A DNA stretch of 64,000 nucleotides from an uncultured delta proteobacterium (GTDB taxonomy: Bacteria; Desulfobacterota; Desulfomonilia; UBA1062). The notes under the pieces are model-generated. The model was not told the DNA's origin, did no database searches, and saw nothing but the letters and a program-made list of their open reading frames with translations. Positions 1 to 9,450 of this stretch are shown piece after piece. The first letter of the stretch is position 1; every line of letters begins with the position of its first letter. The translations under genes were made by a program, and so were the position numbers. The stretch covers positions 96,001-160,000 of the forward strand of contig CAWAUM010000007.1 of NCBI GenBank assembly GCA_963785235.1, written 5' to 3'.

Positions 1-2739
1 CGACAGGCAGGTACGCGTACAGGCACAGGGGAAAATCCACTTGGGTTCATGGCCCTATCCTGTTTCAGCATGGGCGTTTTCTCTGAATGGAGACCTTGTA
101 TCCCCCACCACCAGAGCCCTTTTAACCGCCCGTGAACAATCCATGCCCGAGATGGGTCCTTTTCGAGCGAAATTCCATATCATGGGCACTTCCGGCCGGT
201 TTGCACTTGAGGATATGGATATTTCTCTCGGGAACAGACAATCGCTGAGCTATGGGCTGTTCAGGGCGTATCGGCAAGGTGGAGCCGGGCGGTGTTACCC
301 TTTTATCTTCAGTAAATCTGACGGGGTCCCTCGATGCAGCAACCATTGCCAGCCTTGGCCCTTTTGTTAAAGGGGCCCTTCCTGATCTCGGGCCGCTTTC
401 CGCCCGCTGCGACCTCATGGACCGAAATGGCGGCTACGCCCTTGAGAACATGCGGATCATCCTGGGGAAAGCAGAGGCCTTCAGGGTGGAGGCTACGGGC
501 ACAATGAACACCGGTATGCGTGAAAAAAGGATCTCCCTGGACAGGGTCGCACTGCACTGCAGGGTAAGTGCGGCTGACCCGAGCCAGATGGAAAAGCTCT
601 TTGGTCTGGAAGAGCCGTATCTCGATTCTCTCGAAGGGTCGTTCGACCTGTCGGGAAGCCCCCGGGAGCTCTCGGTTTCCAAGGCCCACGTGTCTGCGGG
701 CGTTGCCCAGGAAATGAATGCAACACTGGACGGCGGCATCAGGCGGGTCAACCTCATGGCCATACGATCAATAAAAGAACAAGACCGCAAAGGCCTGGAT
801 GGGAAAAATGCTGCCATGGAAGGTGTTGATCTGCGCTGCACTGTCAAGGCCTCCGGCACGCACAAGCTGATGCAGCGGTTCGGATTCAAGAAAACATATA
901 TCGAATCGTTTGAGGGATCGTTCAACCTCACAGGCAGCCCTGATAACCTCTCCATCACCCAGGCCATTGTTGAGGCCGGCATGCTGGAGAGGTGGGAATA
1001 TAACCCTCACAGGCTCCATAGACCATCTCGATGTCAAGGATCCTCAAGCGGTTAAAGGCGTTGTCTTCAACCTCACGGGTTCCACCCCTGACTCGGAGTT
1101 CCTTTCAAAGCTCACAGGCCGCGACTTTCCGGAGCTGGGTGCCATTTCCGTCAATGCCCACCTGGGAGACAAAGAAGGGACACTTGAATTGAATCCCTTT
1201 GAATTACATGCCGAAAAGGCCGGGAAAGAGGTGCTGATCATAAACGGACACATCCATGATGTTCTGAACGCTGAAAAGTTTCTCCTGGATGCCGACTTCA
1301 TAACATCATCGAAGGCAGTGTTTGATAACAGCCTTCAAAAGCCTCAGAAACAGTCCTTCCCCATAAGCGGGAAAATCAAGATCCAAGGCGATGGCGACCA
1401 GATCCATATCCAGGAACTTCAGGTGACATCCCCGACGGCCGATGCCCTGTTCATAGATGTTAAAGGAAACATTGAAGACATGTCAGAGGAGCCGACATTT
1501 ACCGGAACGCTTTTATCAGACATCCTGGACCTCTCGCTCATCGCACCCGGTGCTGGTGCTTCGTTGGCATCTCTCGGAGCTCTCCACGCAGATGGACAGA
1601 TCATGATCAAGAAGGACAACATTGCCTTCAACGGTGCAATGAATCTCGGCCGGACCCAGTTCATGACAGACATGTTTGCATCATCTGCAGAAAAACGACC
1701 CCGCATCGTTGCCAAGATCCATGCGCCGACAATCTATCTCGATAATCGCGATGCTCCCCCCAAGGCCCCCTCCACGCCTCAGGCACCCTTAAAGCCCACA
1801 CGTAAAACTGCAAAGAAGCGGATCTTCGATACGACTCCGCTCCACATTGATATACCCCAGGCAATGGATGCTTCCATAAGCATTACCGCTGATACCGTAC
1901 ACGATCGCTCAACTATGCATTCCTTTCATGATGTCAGGCTTGGGGCATCACTTGAAAAAGGTTCTCTGCAGCTCAGCCCCATAACCTTTCAGTATGCGGG
2001 GGGCTCTGTCACAATGGACATTGCAATCGAATCCCATGGCAAAACCCCGGATATGAAGATGTGGCTCACAGCAGATGATATGGACATCGTCACGCTCGAA
2101 GATTATCTTCACAAACCGCATATCCTCGACGGGAAGATGTCCGTCTCTGCATACCTGCATGGGCAGGGCAACTCAGCACACGAGATCGCATCGGCCCTGG
2201 AGGGTGATATCGGCTTCGCCATCGAGAAGGGTGCCATCAATCGTAATGTCGAGATCCTTGGATCTGACGGGGTGGATGTGGTGCTTTCCTTTACCGGAAG
2301 CATTACCGGAGATGCACTCGACCTGGTGCTCCCCTCTGATGAAGAAAAGAAATATACAGCATTGAACTGCATGGTTACCCGGTTCGCTTTTCAGGATGGT
2401 GTGGGCCTCAGCAGTGTCATCGCGTATGACACAACTGACTACAAAGTGAGCGGGCTTGGCACGCTGAATCTCAATAAAGAGACAATGGAGCTGGTGATCA
2501 AGCCCAGATCCAAGAAAAAAATTTACGACTGGTCATCATCGCCCATATATATTTCAGGACCCATAAACAATCCCTCACTCAAGAAGATCCCTATACGGGA
2601 AGCAGCCCGTTTATCCGGAGAGATATTTGCGCCCTATGTCTTTCTGCCTGTCCGGGGTGTGGGATACCTCTGGTATCTTCTGAACAAGGATACCGACAAA
2701 GATTCTTCATGCGCACAACTGAATCTGGACGACAGGTGA
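1..2739 (+). CDS. AsmA-family membrane assembly protein, 5'-truncated by the window and split by frameshifts (ORFs 252..1055 and 910..2739)
   Basis: Long beta-rich repeats. The C-terminal region has AsmA-like motifs (LHGQGNSAHEIASALEGDIGFAIEKGAI; TALNCMVTRFAFQDGV; GTLNLNKETMELVIKP; PIYISGPINNP). Confidence 0.7.
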
Positions 2740-2874
2740 TATTTTCCACAGAGGAACTCAGTGCAAAATGGATAGATACCGAACCTGTCCGGGTCACCTT
2801 CACCCTTGTTCTTCGGCTCCGCCAGAGGGTTTCTAATTCCGCATTACCAGGGTATATATTAATAAGAATCCTAC

Positions 2875-2900
2875 TTGACATTTGGTCGTCTCAATGTCAA
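2875..2900. promoter_or_regulatory. Inverted repeat TTGACATT-N10-AATGTCAA overlapping a -35 TTGACA; possible operator of the ATPase gene
   Basis: Perfect 8-bp arms at 2875-2882 and 2893-2900, 10 nt before the ATG at 2911. Confidence 0.4.
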
Positions 2901-2910
2901 TTTTATTGCC

Positions 2911-4068
2911 ATGATCAACCGCCCGTTCTGGACTCAACGCATTCAGGAATCCTGGAATAAACGGCCGATTGTCTGGCTTTCCGGGGTACGCAGGTCAGGA
3001 AAAACAACAATTGCCCGGATGTTTCCCAATGCATCCTATCAGAACTGCGACCTGCCGTCGGTAATGCGCCAGCTTGTCGATCCTGAACCTTTTTATGACA
3101 GTCTCGCTACAGGCACGATTGTCATCTTCGATGAAATCCATCGCCTGGAAGACCCGAGTCTGGTATTGAAAATAGCTGCTGATGCATATCCACATTTAAA
3201 GATTCTTGCCACCGGATCTTCCACTCTGGCGGCTACCCGTAAGTTTCGCGACAGCCTGACCGGCAGGAAACAGACGATCTATCTTCCCCCGGTACTCTGG
3301 AGTGAATGCACCGATGAATTCGACATAAAGGATCTGGACCACAGGCTTCTCCATGGCGGACTGCCGGAACCCTTGCTTGAAACAACAAAAGACATGACCT
3401 TTTTTTCAGAATGGATAGATAGCTTTTATGCCCGTGATATTCAGGAGCTTTTCGATATACGCAACCGGACCGGCTTCATGAAGCTGCTGCATCTCCTGTT
3501 ACGCCAGAGCAGTGGCCTCCTGGACTATACCAATCTGGCGCAACTCAGCGATTTGAGCCGCCATACGGTGAAGGCCCATATCGAAGCCATGCGTATTGCC
3601 CATGCAGTTTTCTTGCTGCCTCCATTTGAGGGTGGTGGTCGTCGTGAAATCACACACAGGCCTAAATGCTATGCCTTTGATACCGGGTTTGTAACATTTG
3701 TCCGCGGATGGGAAAGCATCCGCGAGGATGATCGCGGTCTCTTGTGGGAACACATCGTCCTTGATTGCCTGCGTTCGGTAGTTGATGAAACCAATCTCCT
3801 GTACTGGAGGGACAAATCCGGTCGCGAAGTGGATTTTGTCGTCAGACAGGGGAGACAACAGGTGGATGCCATTGAATGCAAAATCAATCCCGATGGGTTT
3901 GATCCTGCTAATCTCCGAGTCTTTCGTACGTACTATCCAAAGGGGCATAATTTGGTCATCAGCCCCAATGTGAAAACCCCTTATCAACGTAGATATGGCG
4001 ATCAAACGGTCGATTTCATCTCCGTGCAGAAAATGCGGAAAGCGTTGATTATGGATGTTGTCAAATAA
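2911..4068 (+). CDS. AAA_14 ATP-binding protein with DUF4143 C-terminal domain
   Basis: Walker A GVRRSGKTT, Walker B IFDEIH, ATGSS and HGGLPE motifs; C-terminal YWRDKSGREVDFV...AIECK nuclease-like motif. Confidence 0.85.
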   Translation: MINRPFWTQRIQESWNKRPIVWLSGVRRSGKTTIARMFPNASYQNCDLPSVMRQLVDPEPFYDSLATGTIVIFDEIHRLEDPSLVLKIAADAYPHLKILATGSSTLAATRKFRDSLTGRKQTIYLPPVLWSECTDEFDIKDLDHRLLHGGLPEPLLETTKDMTFFSEWIDSFYARDIQELFDIRNRTGFMKLLHLLLRQSSGLLDYTNLAQLSDLSRHTVKAHIEAMRIAHAVFLLPPFEGGGRREITHRPKCYAFDTGFVTFVRGWESIREDDRGLLWEHIVLDCLRSVVDETNLLYWRDKSGREVDFVVRQGRQQVDAIECKINPDGFDPANLRVFRTYYPKGHNLVISPNVKTPYQRRYGDQTVDFISVQKMRKALIMDVVK

Positions 4069-4205
4069 GAAGTAATTGTGGATCACTCATTGTAGAAGTA
4101 ATTAATTGAATATACTATGTTATAATGCAAGATCTGACCCTCAATCCTCTGTGAACAGGAACGAGAAAAGAGAATCTGAGAGATTACAAGGAGAGTGATG
4201 CAGTC

Positions 4206-4547
4206 ATGAAAAAGACCTCTAAGATCCCGGTCCCGAAGTTTACCTCTGAAGACGAAGAACGTGAATTCTGGGCAACTGCCGATTCTACCAGGTACATAGA
4301 TTGGAATAAAGCAAAGCGATCTATATTCCCTGACCTGAAACCATCTCTCAGATCTATATCATTGAGGCTGCCTGAGTTGTTGATAGCCAATGTGAAGGTC
4401 TTGGCTAACAAGAGAGATATACCCTATCAGACACTCTTGAAGAGCTTTCTGGCCGAGAGGGTTGAAAAGGAAATGAGATCGATCCAGGAGCAGGGGACTC
4501 CTGACAAGAGAAAGACCGGCAGAGTGCCAGGAGCAGGCAGGAGATAA
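4206..4547 (+). CDS. BrnA/CopG-type antitoxin (orphan)
   Basis: PKFTSEDEEREFWATADS...ISLRLPELLIANVKVLANKRDIPYQTLLKSFLAERV is typical of this ribbon-helix-helix antitoxin family. Confidence 0.85.
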   Translation: MKKTSKIPVPKFTSEDEEREFWATADSTRYIDWNKAKRSIFPDLKPSLRSISLRLPELLIANVKVLANKRDIPYQTLLKSFLAERVEKEMRSIQEQGTPDKRKTGRVPGAGRR

Positions 4548-4899
4548 AATCTGTCATCCTATTCATAATAGAGAGAGGGTGTCAGATAGAGATGACATAG
4601 TTTTCTAATAAGTCCTGGCCCTTTGATTCTGTACGTGTTTACAGGATGGGGATCTGTTTAAAAAAAGAGTACCAGATGTAATTTGTCAGTATTGTGTAAG
4701 ACCTGCTGTCGATAGATTATGATCCGGATTTGAGTCTTCACGGCGTTTCAAAAAAACCTCGAATACTATCTTAATAGGGTTGCTTAAAGAACAGTATTCA
4801 TTATATAATTAATAGATTAAGATTAAAGGCTCTTGTTGTTGCCACGCACAATTCTTAGAACATATCTTGAACAAGGAACTAAGAGCCTTGTGAGGTCGA

Positions 4900-7777
4900 A
4901 TGCAGTTTGGGCAGAGGGAAACAGATGAAAAGAGCCTGAAAAGACGTCTCCGTTTTGAAGAGATGCTCTCGGAGCTTTCTGCGCGGTTCATGGCAACTAC
5001 GTTCGATCAGGTCGACAGCGAGATCGAAAATGCCTTGAGGCAGATCATGGAATTCTTCCAGGTCGATCTGTGTGCCCTGCTGGAAGTCCACGAGGACAGG
5101 TCCTTTGCCAGAATCTCCCATGCCGTGTACGGCGAAGGCGTTGAGCAGATACCGAAAGACATAAACCTCGTAGAACTGTATCCGTGGACCTACCAGAAAC
5201 TGATGCGGGGGGAGCTTATCAACATCACCCGGATGGAAGATTATCCTGAAGAAGCCCTGATAGACAGGCAATCTAATTTGGCAATGGGTACAATATCCAG
5301 ATTGGCCTTTCCTGTGGCCGTTGACGGCGGCATTTCGAGAATAATCACTATACATCAGAGACACCGGCATCAGGCCTGGCCCGAAGAGTATATCCCCCGG
5401 CTGCGGCTGCTGGGTGAGATCCTTGTCAATGCCCTGGAGCGCAGGCAGGACAGGGTGCACTTGGAGGAACAGCTCAGCCTTTGAGATGCTCCTGGCTGAG
5501 ATCTCGGGGCGTTTTGTCAACCTGAGAGCCGACCAGGTAGACAGCGAAATAGTAGATGCCCAGCGCCGTATCTGTGAATGCCTGGGGCTGGATCTTTCCG
5601 CGCTCTGGCAGTGGTCGATGGAAACTCCCCGCATCCTCAGAATGACTCACATATACCGACCCCTTGGAGGCCCGCCGCTTCCCGAACCCATGTATGCCCA
5701 TGAGCATTTTCCCTGGTGCCAGCAGGAACTGGAGGCAGGCAGGATAGTTATCGTTTCAAGCATGGAGGATGTTCCGGCCGAGGCGGCCCGTGACCAGGAG
5801 GTCTGGCGCCAGCTCGGCATCAAGACCTCGTTGACCTTCCCGCTATCGCTAGGGGGAGGCCGATCATCGGTGCATTGTCCTTCAATGACATGCTGGCCGA
5901 ACGCACCTGGTCGGAACCGATCATTGCAACGTCTTCAACTGGTCGCCCAGATATTCAGCAATGCGCTCGCCCGCAAGCAGACCGAAACCGCGTTGCGTGA
6001 AAGCGAGGCGCGTCTGAGTCTGGCTACTGAAGCCGTGGGGGCAGGCCTGTGGATCATGGATGTCGACACGAAAAAGGTATGGGTTTCGCAAAAGAGCCGG
6101 GAGCTGTTTCATTTTGCCCCGGATGAAGAGATTACCTATGAAAGTTACTTCAGAGTGATCCATCCCGAGGACAGGGACCGGGTCAACCAGGAGGTGCAGC
6201 ACGCACTCCGGTCCGGAGAGCATCTTCTCTGCGATTACCGGATCGTGCTCCCTGATGGAAGCATCAGATGGATTGTGGCCCGCGGACAGCGGTATCTGAA
6301 ATCGACCGGAGAGCCGGATCGCATCATGGGCCTGTCGTTTGACATAACCGAGCGCAAAGGAATGGAGCTGCAGCTGAGCGAGTCACAGACCACGCTCGCT
6401 TCACTGGTCAACTCTACCTCCGATCTGATCTGGTCGGTGGATGCAGAGCGCTTCGGTCTTCTCACCTTCAACCGCGGCCTTACCGAATACTTCTTCAATA
6501 ACCATGGCATTCATACCAAGGTCGGCATGCGTCCGGAAGACCTCCTGCCTGCAGGCTATGCTCAGCAGTGGCAGAAGTTCTATCAACAAGCTCTGGAGAA
6601 GGGATCTTTCACAACAGAGTACCGGGCGTCCGGGGGAAGCCGGGTGCTGCGGCTGAATATCAACAGCCTCAGGGACGGTGATAATATGTTCGGCGTATCG
6701 GTATTCGCCCAGGACATCACCGAGCGCAAGCAGTTGGAGGAGCAGCTCAGAGAACGTCTCAATGAGATCGAGGTGCTCAAACAGCGGCTCGAAAGAGAGA
6801 ATATCTATCTGCGCGAGGAGGTCAGACTCCTGGTTGAGCATACAGACATCGTGGGGCAAAGCCTAGCCATGAAGAGGGTCCTGAGCCAGGCGGAACAGGT
6901 TGCAAAAACAGATGCTACGGTTCTCCTCACGGGGGAAACCGGAACAGGAAAAGAGCTGCTTGCCCGGGCGATCCACAGCATGAGCACCAGGAAAGACCGG
7001 ACCCTTGTAGTGGTCAACTGCGCCTCGTTGCCGCCCACCCTCATCGAGAGCGAACTCTTCGGCCGGGAAAAGGGCGCCTTCACCGGTGCGCTCACCCGGA
7101 TGACCGGGCGTTTCGAGCTTGCCGACGGGTCTACCCTGTTCCTGGACGAGATCGGGGAACTCCCCCTTGACCTGCAGAGCAAACTGCTCAGGGTGCTTGA
7201 ACAGGGGCAGTTCGAACGGCTGGGGTCCAGCAGGACCACCAAGGTCAATGTCCGCATCATTGCCGCCACCAACCGGGACATCGAGCAGGCGGTGAAGGAC
7301 GGCACATTCAGACGGGACCTTTTCTATAGGCTGAATGTGTTTCCCATTGTGATTCCGCCGCTGCGTGAGCGTGCCGGAGATATACCTCTCCTGGTCCGAT
7401 CGATCGTCAGGGAGTTTCAGAAGAGGATGGGGAAAGAGGTAGAAAGCATCCCGAAGAAGACCATGGAGGCCCTGCAATCCTATTCCTGGCCGGGTAACGT
7501 CCGGGAGCTCAGGAATATGATCGAACACGCCATGATCCTGAGCACGGGTAAAACACTGGATGTACACGTGCCCAAGCGTGCACCTTCAGAAACAGACACG
7601 ACCGGCAACCTCCAAGATATGGAGCGGATACATTTGATGACCGTGCTGGAGAAGACCGGCTGGCGCATTTCCGGACAGGGTGGCGCTGCCGAGGTTCTTG
7701 GTCTGAAGAGAACAACCCTCCAGGCGAAGATGAAGAAATTAGGCATCAAGCGTTCCAGCAAGCCAATGCCGCACTAA
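4900..7777 (+). CDS. Sigma54-dependent transcriptional activator (2x GAF, 2x PAS, AAA+, Fis HTH); frameshifted near 5480 and 5855-5920
   Basis: [36 protein letters not shown] and C-terminal [21 protein letters not shown]. Two similar GAF repeats precede PAS domains. Confidence 0.9.
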
Positions 7778-7796
7778 CGTCTTTTGCCCAATATAT
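7731..7796 (+). repeat. Direct repeat copy 1 (3' end of the activator gene), about 66 bp
   Basis: tgaagaaattaggcatcaagcgttccagcaagccaatgccgcactaacgtcttttgcccaatatat matches 8717..8781 with about 4 mismatches and 1 gap. Confidence 0.85.
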
Positions 7797-7862
7797 CATC
7801 AGTTTCTTGGGACTTGGGGGGGCTGATCATGTGTTACTTCTTGCAAATAGTTAAATCAAACC

Positions 7863-7909
7863 TTGACAGTTAGCTGGATGAATCTTATAATCTAGACAGA
7901 CTAGACAGG
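7863..7909 (+). promoter_or_regulatory. Consensus sigma70 promoter of the TA operon with a tandem CTAGACAG putative operator
   Basis: TTGACA (7863-7868), 17-bp spacer, TATAAT (7886-7891), then ctagacaga-ctagacagg and an RBS ggagg. Confidence 0.8.
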
Positions 7910-7921
7910 AGGAAATGAAGA

Positions 7922-8176
7922 ATGAAACGTACATGGCAGATACAAGAAGCGAAGAATAAACTGAGCGAGGTAGTTGATGAAGCAGTCCATCATGGACCAC
8001 AGGTTATTACCAAGCGGGGTGTTGAAGTTGCTGTTATGCTATCCTATTGTGAATATCGTAAAATGATCTCCTTGCAGAAGAAGCTCTCCACTTTCTTTCG
8101 CGAATCTCCTCTTGTGGGGGTCGACCTCGATCTCAGTCGAGATAGGACCGGAATGCGTGAGGATGTCTCGCTATGA
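7922..8176 (+). CDS. Phd/YefM-family antitoxin
   Basis: WQIQEAKNKLSEVVDEA...PQVITKRG signature; overlaps the toxin start (ATGA). Confidence 0.9.
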   Translation: MKRTWQIQEAKNKLSEVVDEAVHHGPQVITKRGVEVAVMLSYCEYRKMISLQKKLSTFFRESPLVGVDLDLSRDRTGMREDVSL

Positions 8177-8592
8177 AGTATCTTCTCGATACGTGTGTAA
8201 TCTCAGAACTGGTCGCTAAAAAACCCAATCCCCTAGTACTCAACTGGATAGACAGCATAGACCCGGACAGCGCTTATCTGAGTGTGATCACCATAGGAGA
8301 AATAAGAAAGGGGATAGAGAAACTACCTGACTCGAGGCGTAAAACCACTCTCAATTCATGGCTGATCGAGGAGCTGATGGCTCGATTTAGTGGCAAGATC
8401 CTCCCAATTGATGCTGAAGTTGTGCTCATGTGGGGTCAGCTGATAGGTTCTCTGGAATCAGATGGGAAGAAAATGGCAGCAATAGATTCTCTTATAGCGG
8501 CCACAGCACTTTATAACCACTGCAGCTTAGTAACAAGGAATGAAGCTGACTTCAAACATACCGGCATAGCGATTATTAATCCTTGGGAGTAA
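8173..8592 (+). CDS. vapC: VapC-family PIN-domain toxin
   Basis: YLLDTCVISE, ITIGEI, DSLIAATA, LVTRNEADF, INPW PIN motifs. Confidence 0.9.
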   Translation: MKYLLDTCVISELVAKKPNPLVLNWIDSIDPDSAYLSVITIGEIRKGIEKLPDSRRKTTLNSWLIEELMARFSGKILPIDAEVVLMWGQLIGSLESDGKKMAAIDSLIAATALYNHCSLVTRNEADFKHTGIAIINPWE

Positions 8593-8716
8593 CTGTGGCT
8601 TCTGACAAAGTCGTTGCCTGTATGTTCTCCGAATTCAGATTGCGATAAATCATCGGTTTTTTGAACCCAAGGATCAATAAGAAAACTCCCGAGATTCAGC
8701 GCAGAGGAAACTTATC

Positions 8717-8781
8717 TGAAGAAATTAGGCATCCAGCGTTCCAGCAAGCCTATGCCGCATTAACGTCTATTGCCCATATAT
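8717..8781 (+). repeat. Direct repeat copy 2 of the activator 3' end
   Basis: tgaagaaattaggcatccagcgttccagcaagcctatgccgcattaacgtctattgcccatatat; compare with 7731..7796. Confidence 0.85.
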
Positions 8782-8884
8782 TGGCAGATAATCTCGCTCC
8801 TTCTGCTTTGTCCGTCACACCTTTTTTTATTGAAATCCTCATAACAACAGCGCCTTGACAACATAATCGTCCTCCGCCTTTTTC

Positions 8885-8901
8885 TTGGCCCGTATCTGGC
8901 A
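8885..8901 (+). promoter_or_regulatory. Putative sigma54 -24/-12 promoter for the GRE cluster
   Basis: TTGGCCCGTATCTGGCA has GG(8887-8888)-N10-GC(8899-8900). It lies 120 nt upstream of the first cluster gene, downstream of a near-palindrome TGCCCATATATTGGCA (8771-8786). Confidence 0.6.
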
Positions 8902-9020
8902 ATCTCTTTTCTGTGACATTGAAAACATCCATGAATTAATTTCGATGAAGGCATTGAGGAGTTTCTACCCGGAAGAAGCACAGGCGATCCTTCAGCAATA
9001 TCATAAAAAGGGAGAAGCAT

Positions 9021-9359
9021 ATGATCCTCGCAACCATTAGGATGGCGATACCACCCCAAAAGCGAGCTGAGGCATTGAAAATCATCAGATTGATAGCTGA
9101 TCGATGCAGTGACGATACCGGCTGTCTCGGGTTCCACCTCTATGAGGACCTGCAGGAAAAAAACGTCATCATGCTCGAAGAGGTCTGGAAGGCCCAGGAA
9201 GACCTGGACCTTCATCTTCGCTCGGACGAATACCACAACCTGCTCATGGTTCTGGAAATGGCAGTCAAACAGCCCGAGATCAGGTTCGACACCATCTCCA
9301 GTTCCACGGGCATCGAGACCATTGAAAAGGCAAGGAGCAATGCGAGACAAATATTCTGA
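9021..9359 (+). CDS. Antibiotic biosynthesis monooxygenase (ABM/YgiN-like) protein
   Basis: 112 aa; GCLGFHLYEDL...MLEEVWKAQEDLDLHLRSDEY pattern of the dimeric alpha-beta barrel ABM family. Confidence 0.8.
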   Translation: MILATIRMAIPPQKRAEALKIIRLIADRCSDDTGCLGFHLYEDLQEKNVIMLEEVWKAQEDLDLHLRSDEYHNLLMVLEMAVKQPEIRFDTISSSTGIETIEKARSNARQIF

Positions 9360-9450
9360 CATCACCCTCCTTGGAGGGGTGGCTGTGGTGAAATTACTTC
9401 ACGTATTTAGCGAAGTGAAAATATAAGTCAATAATAGGAGGAACATCATT

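Noticed and set aside
8781-8798. Second sigma54 promoter TTGGCAGATAATCTCGC
   Set aside because: The GG-to-GC spacing is 11 rather than the required 10.
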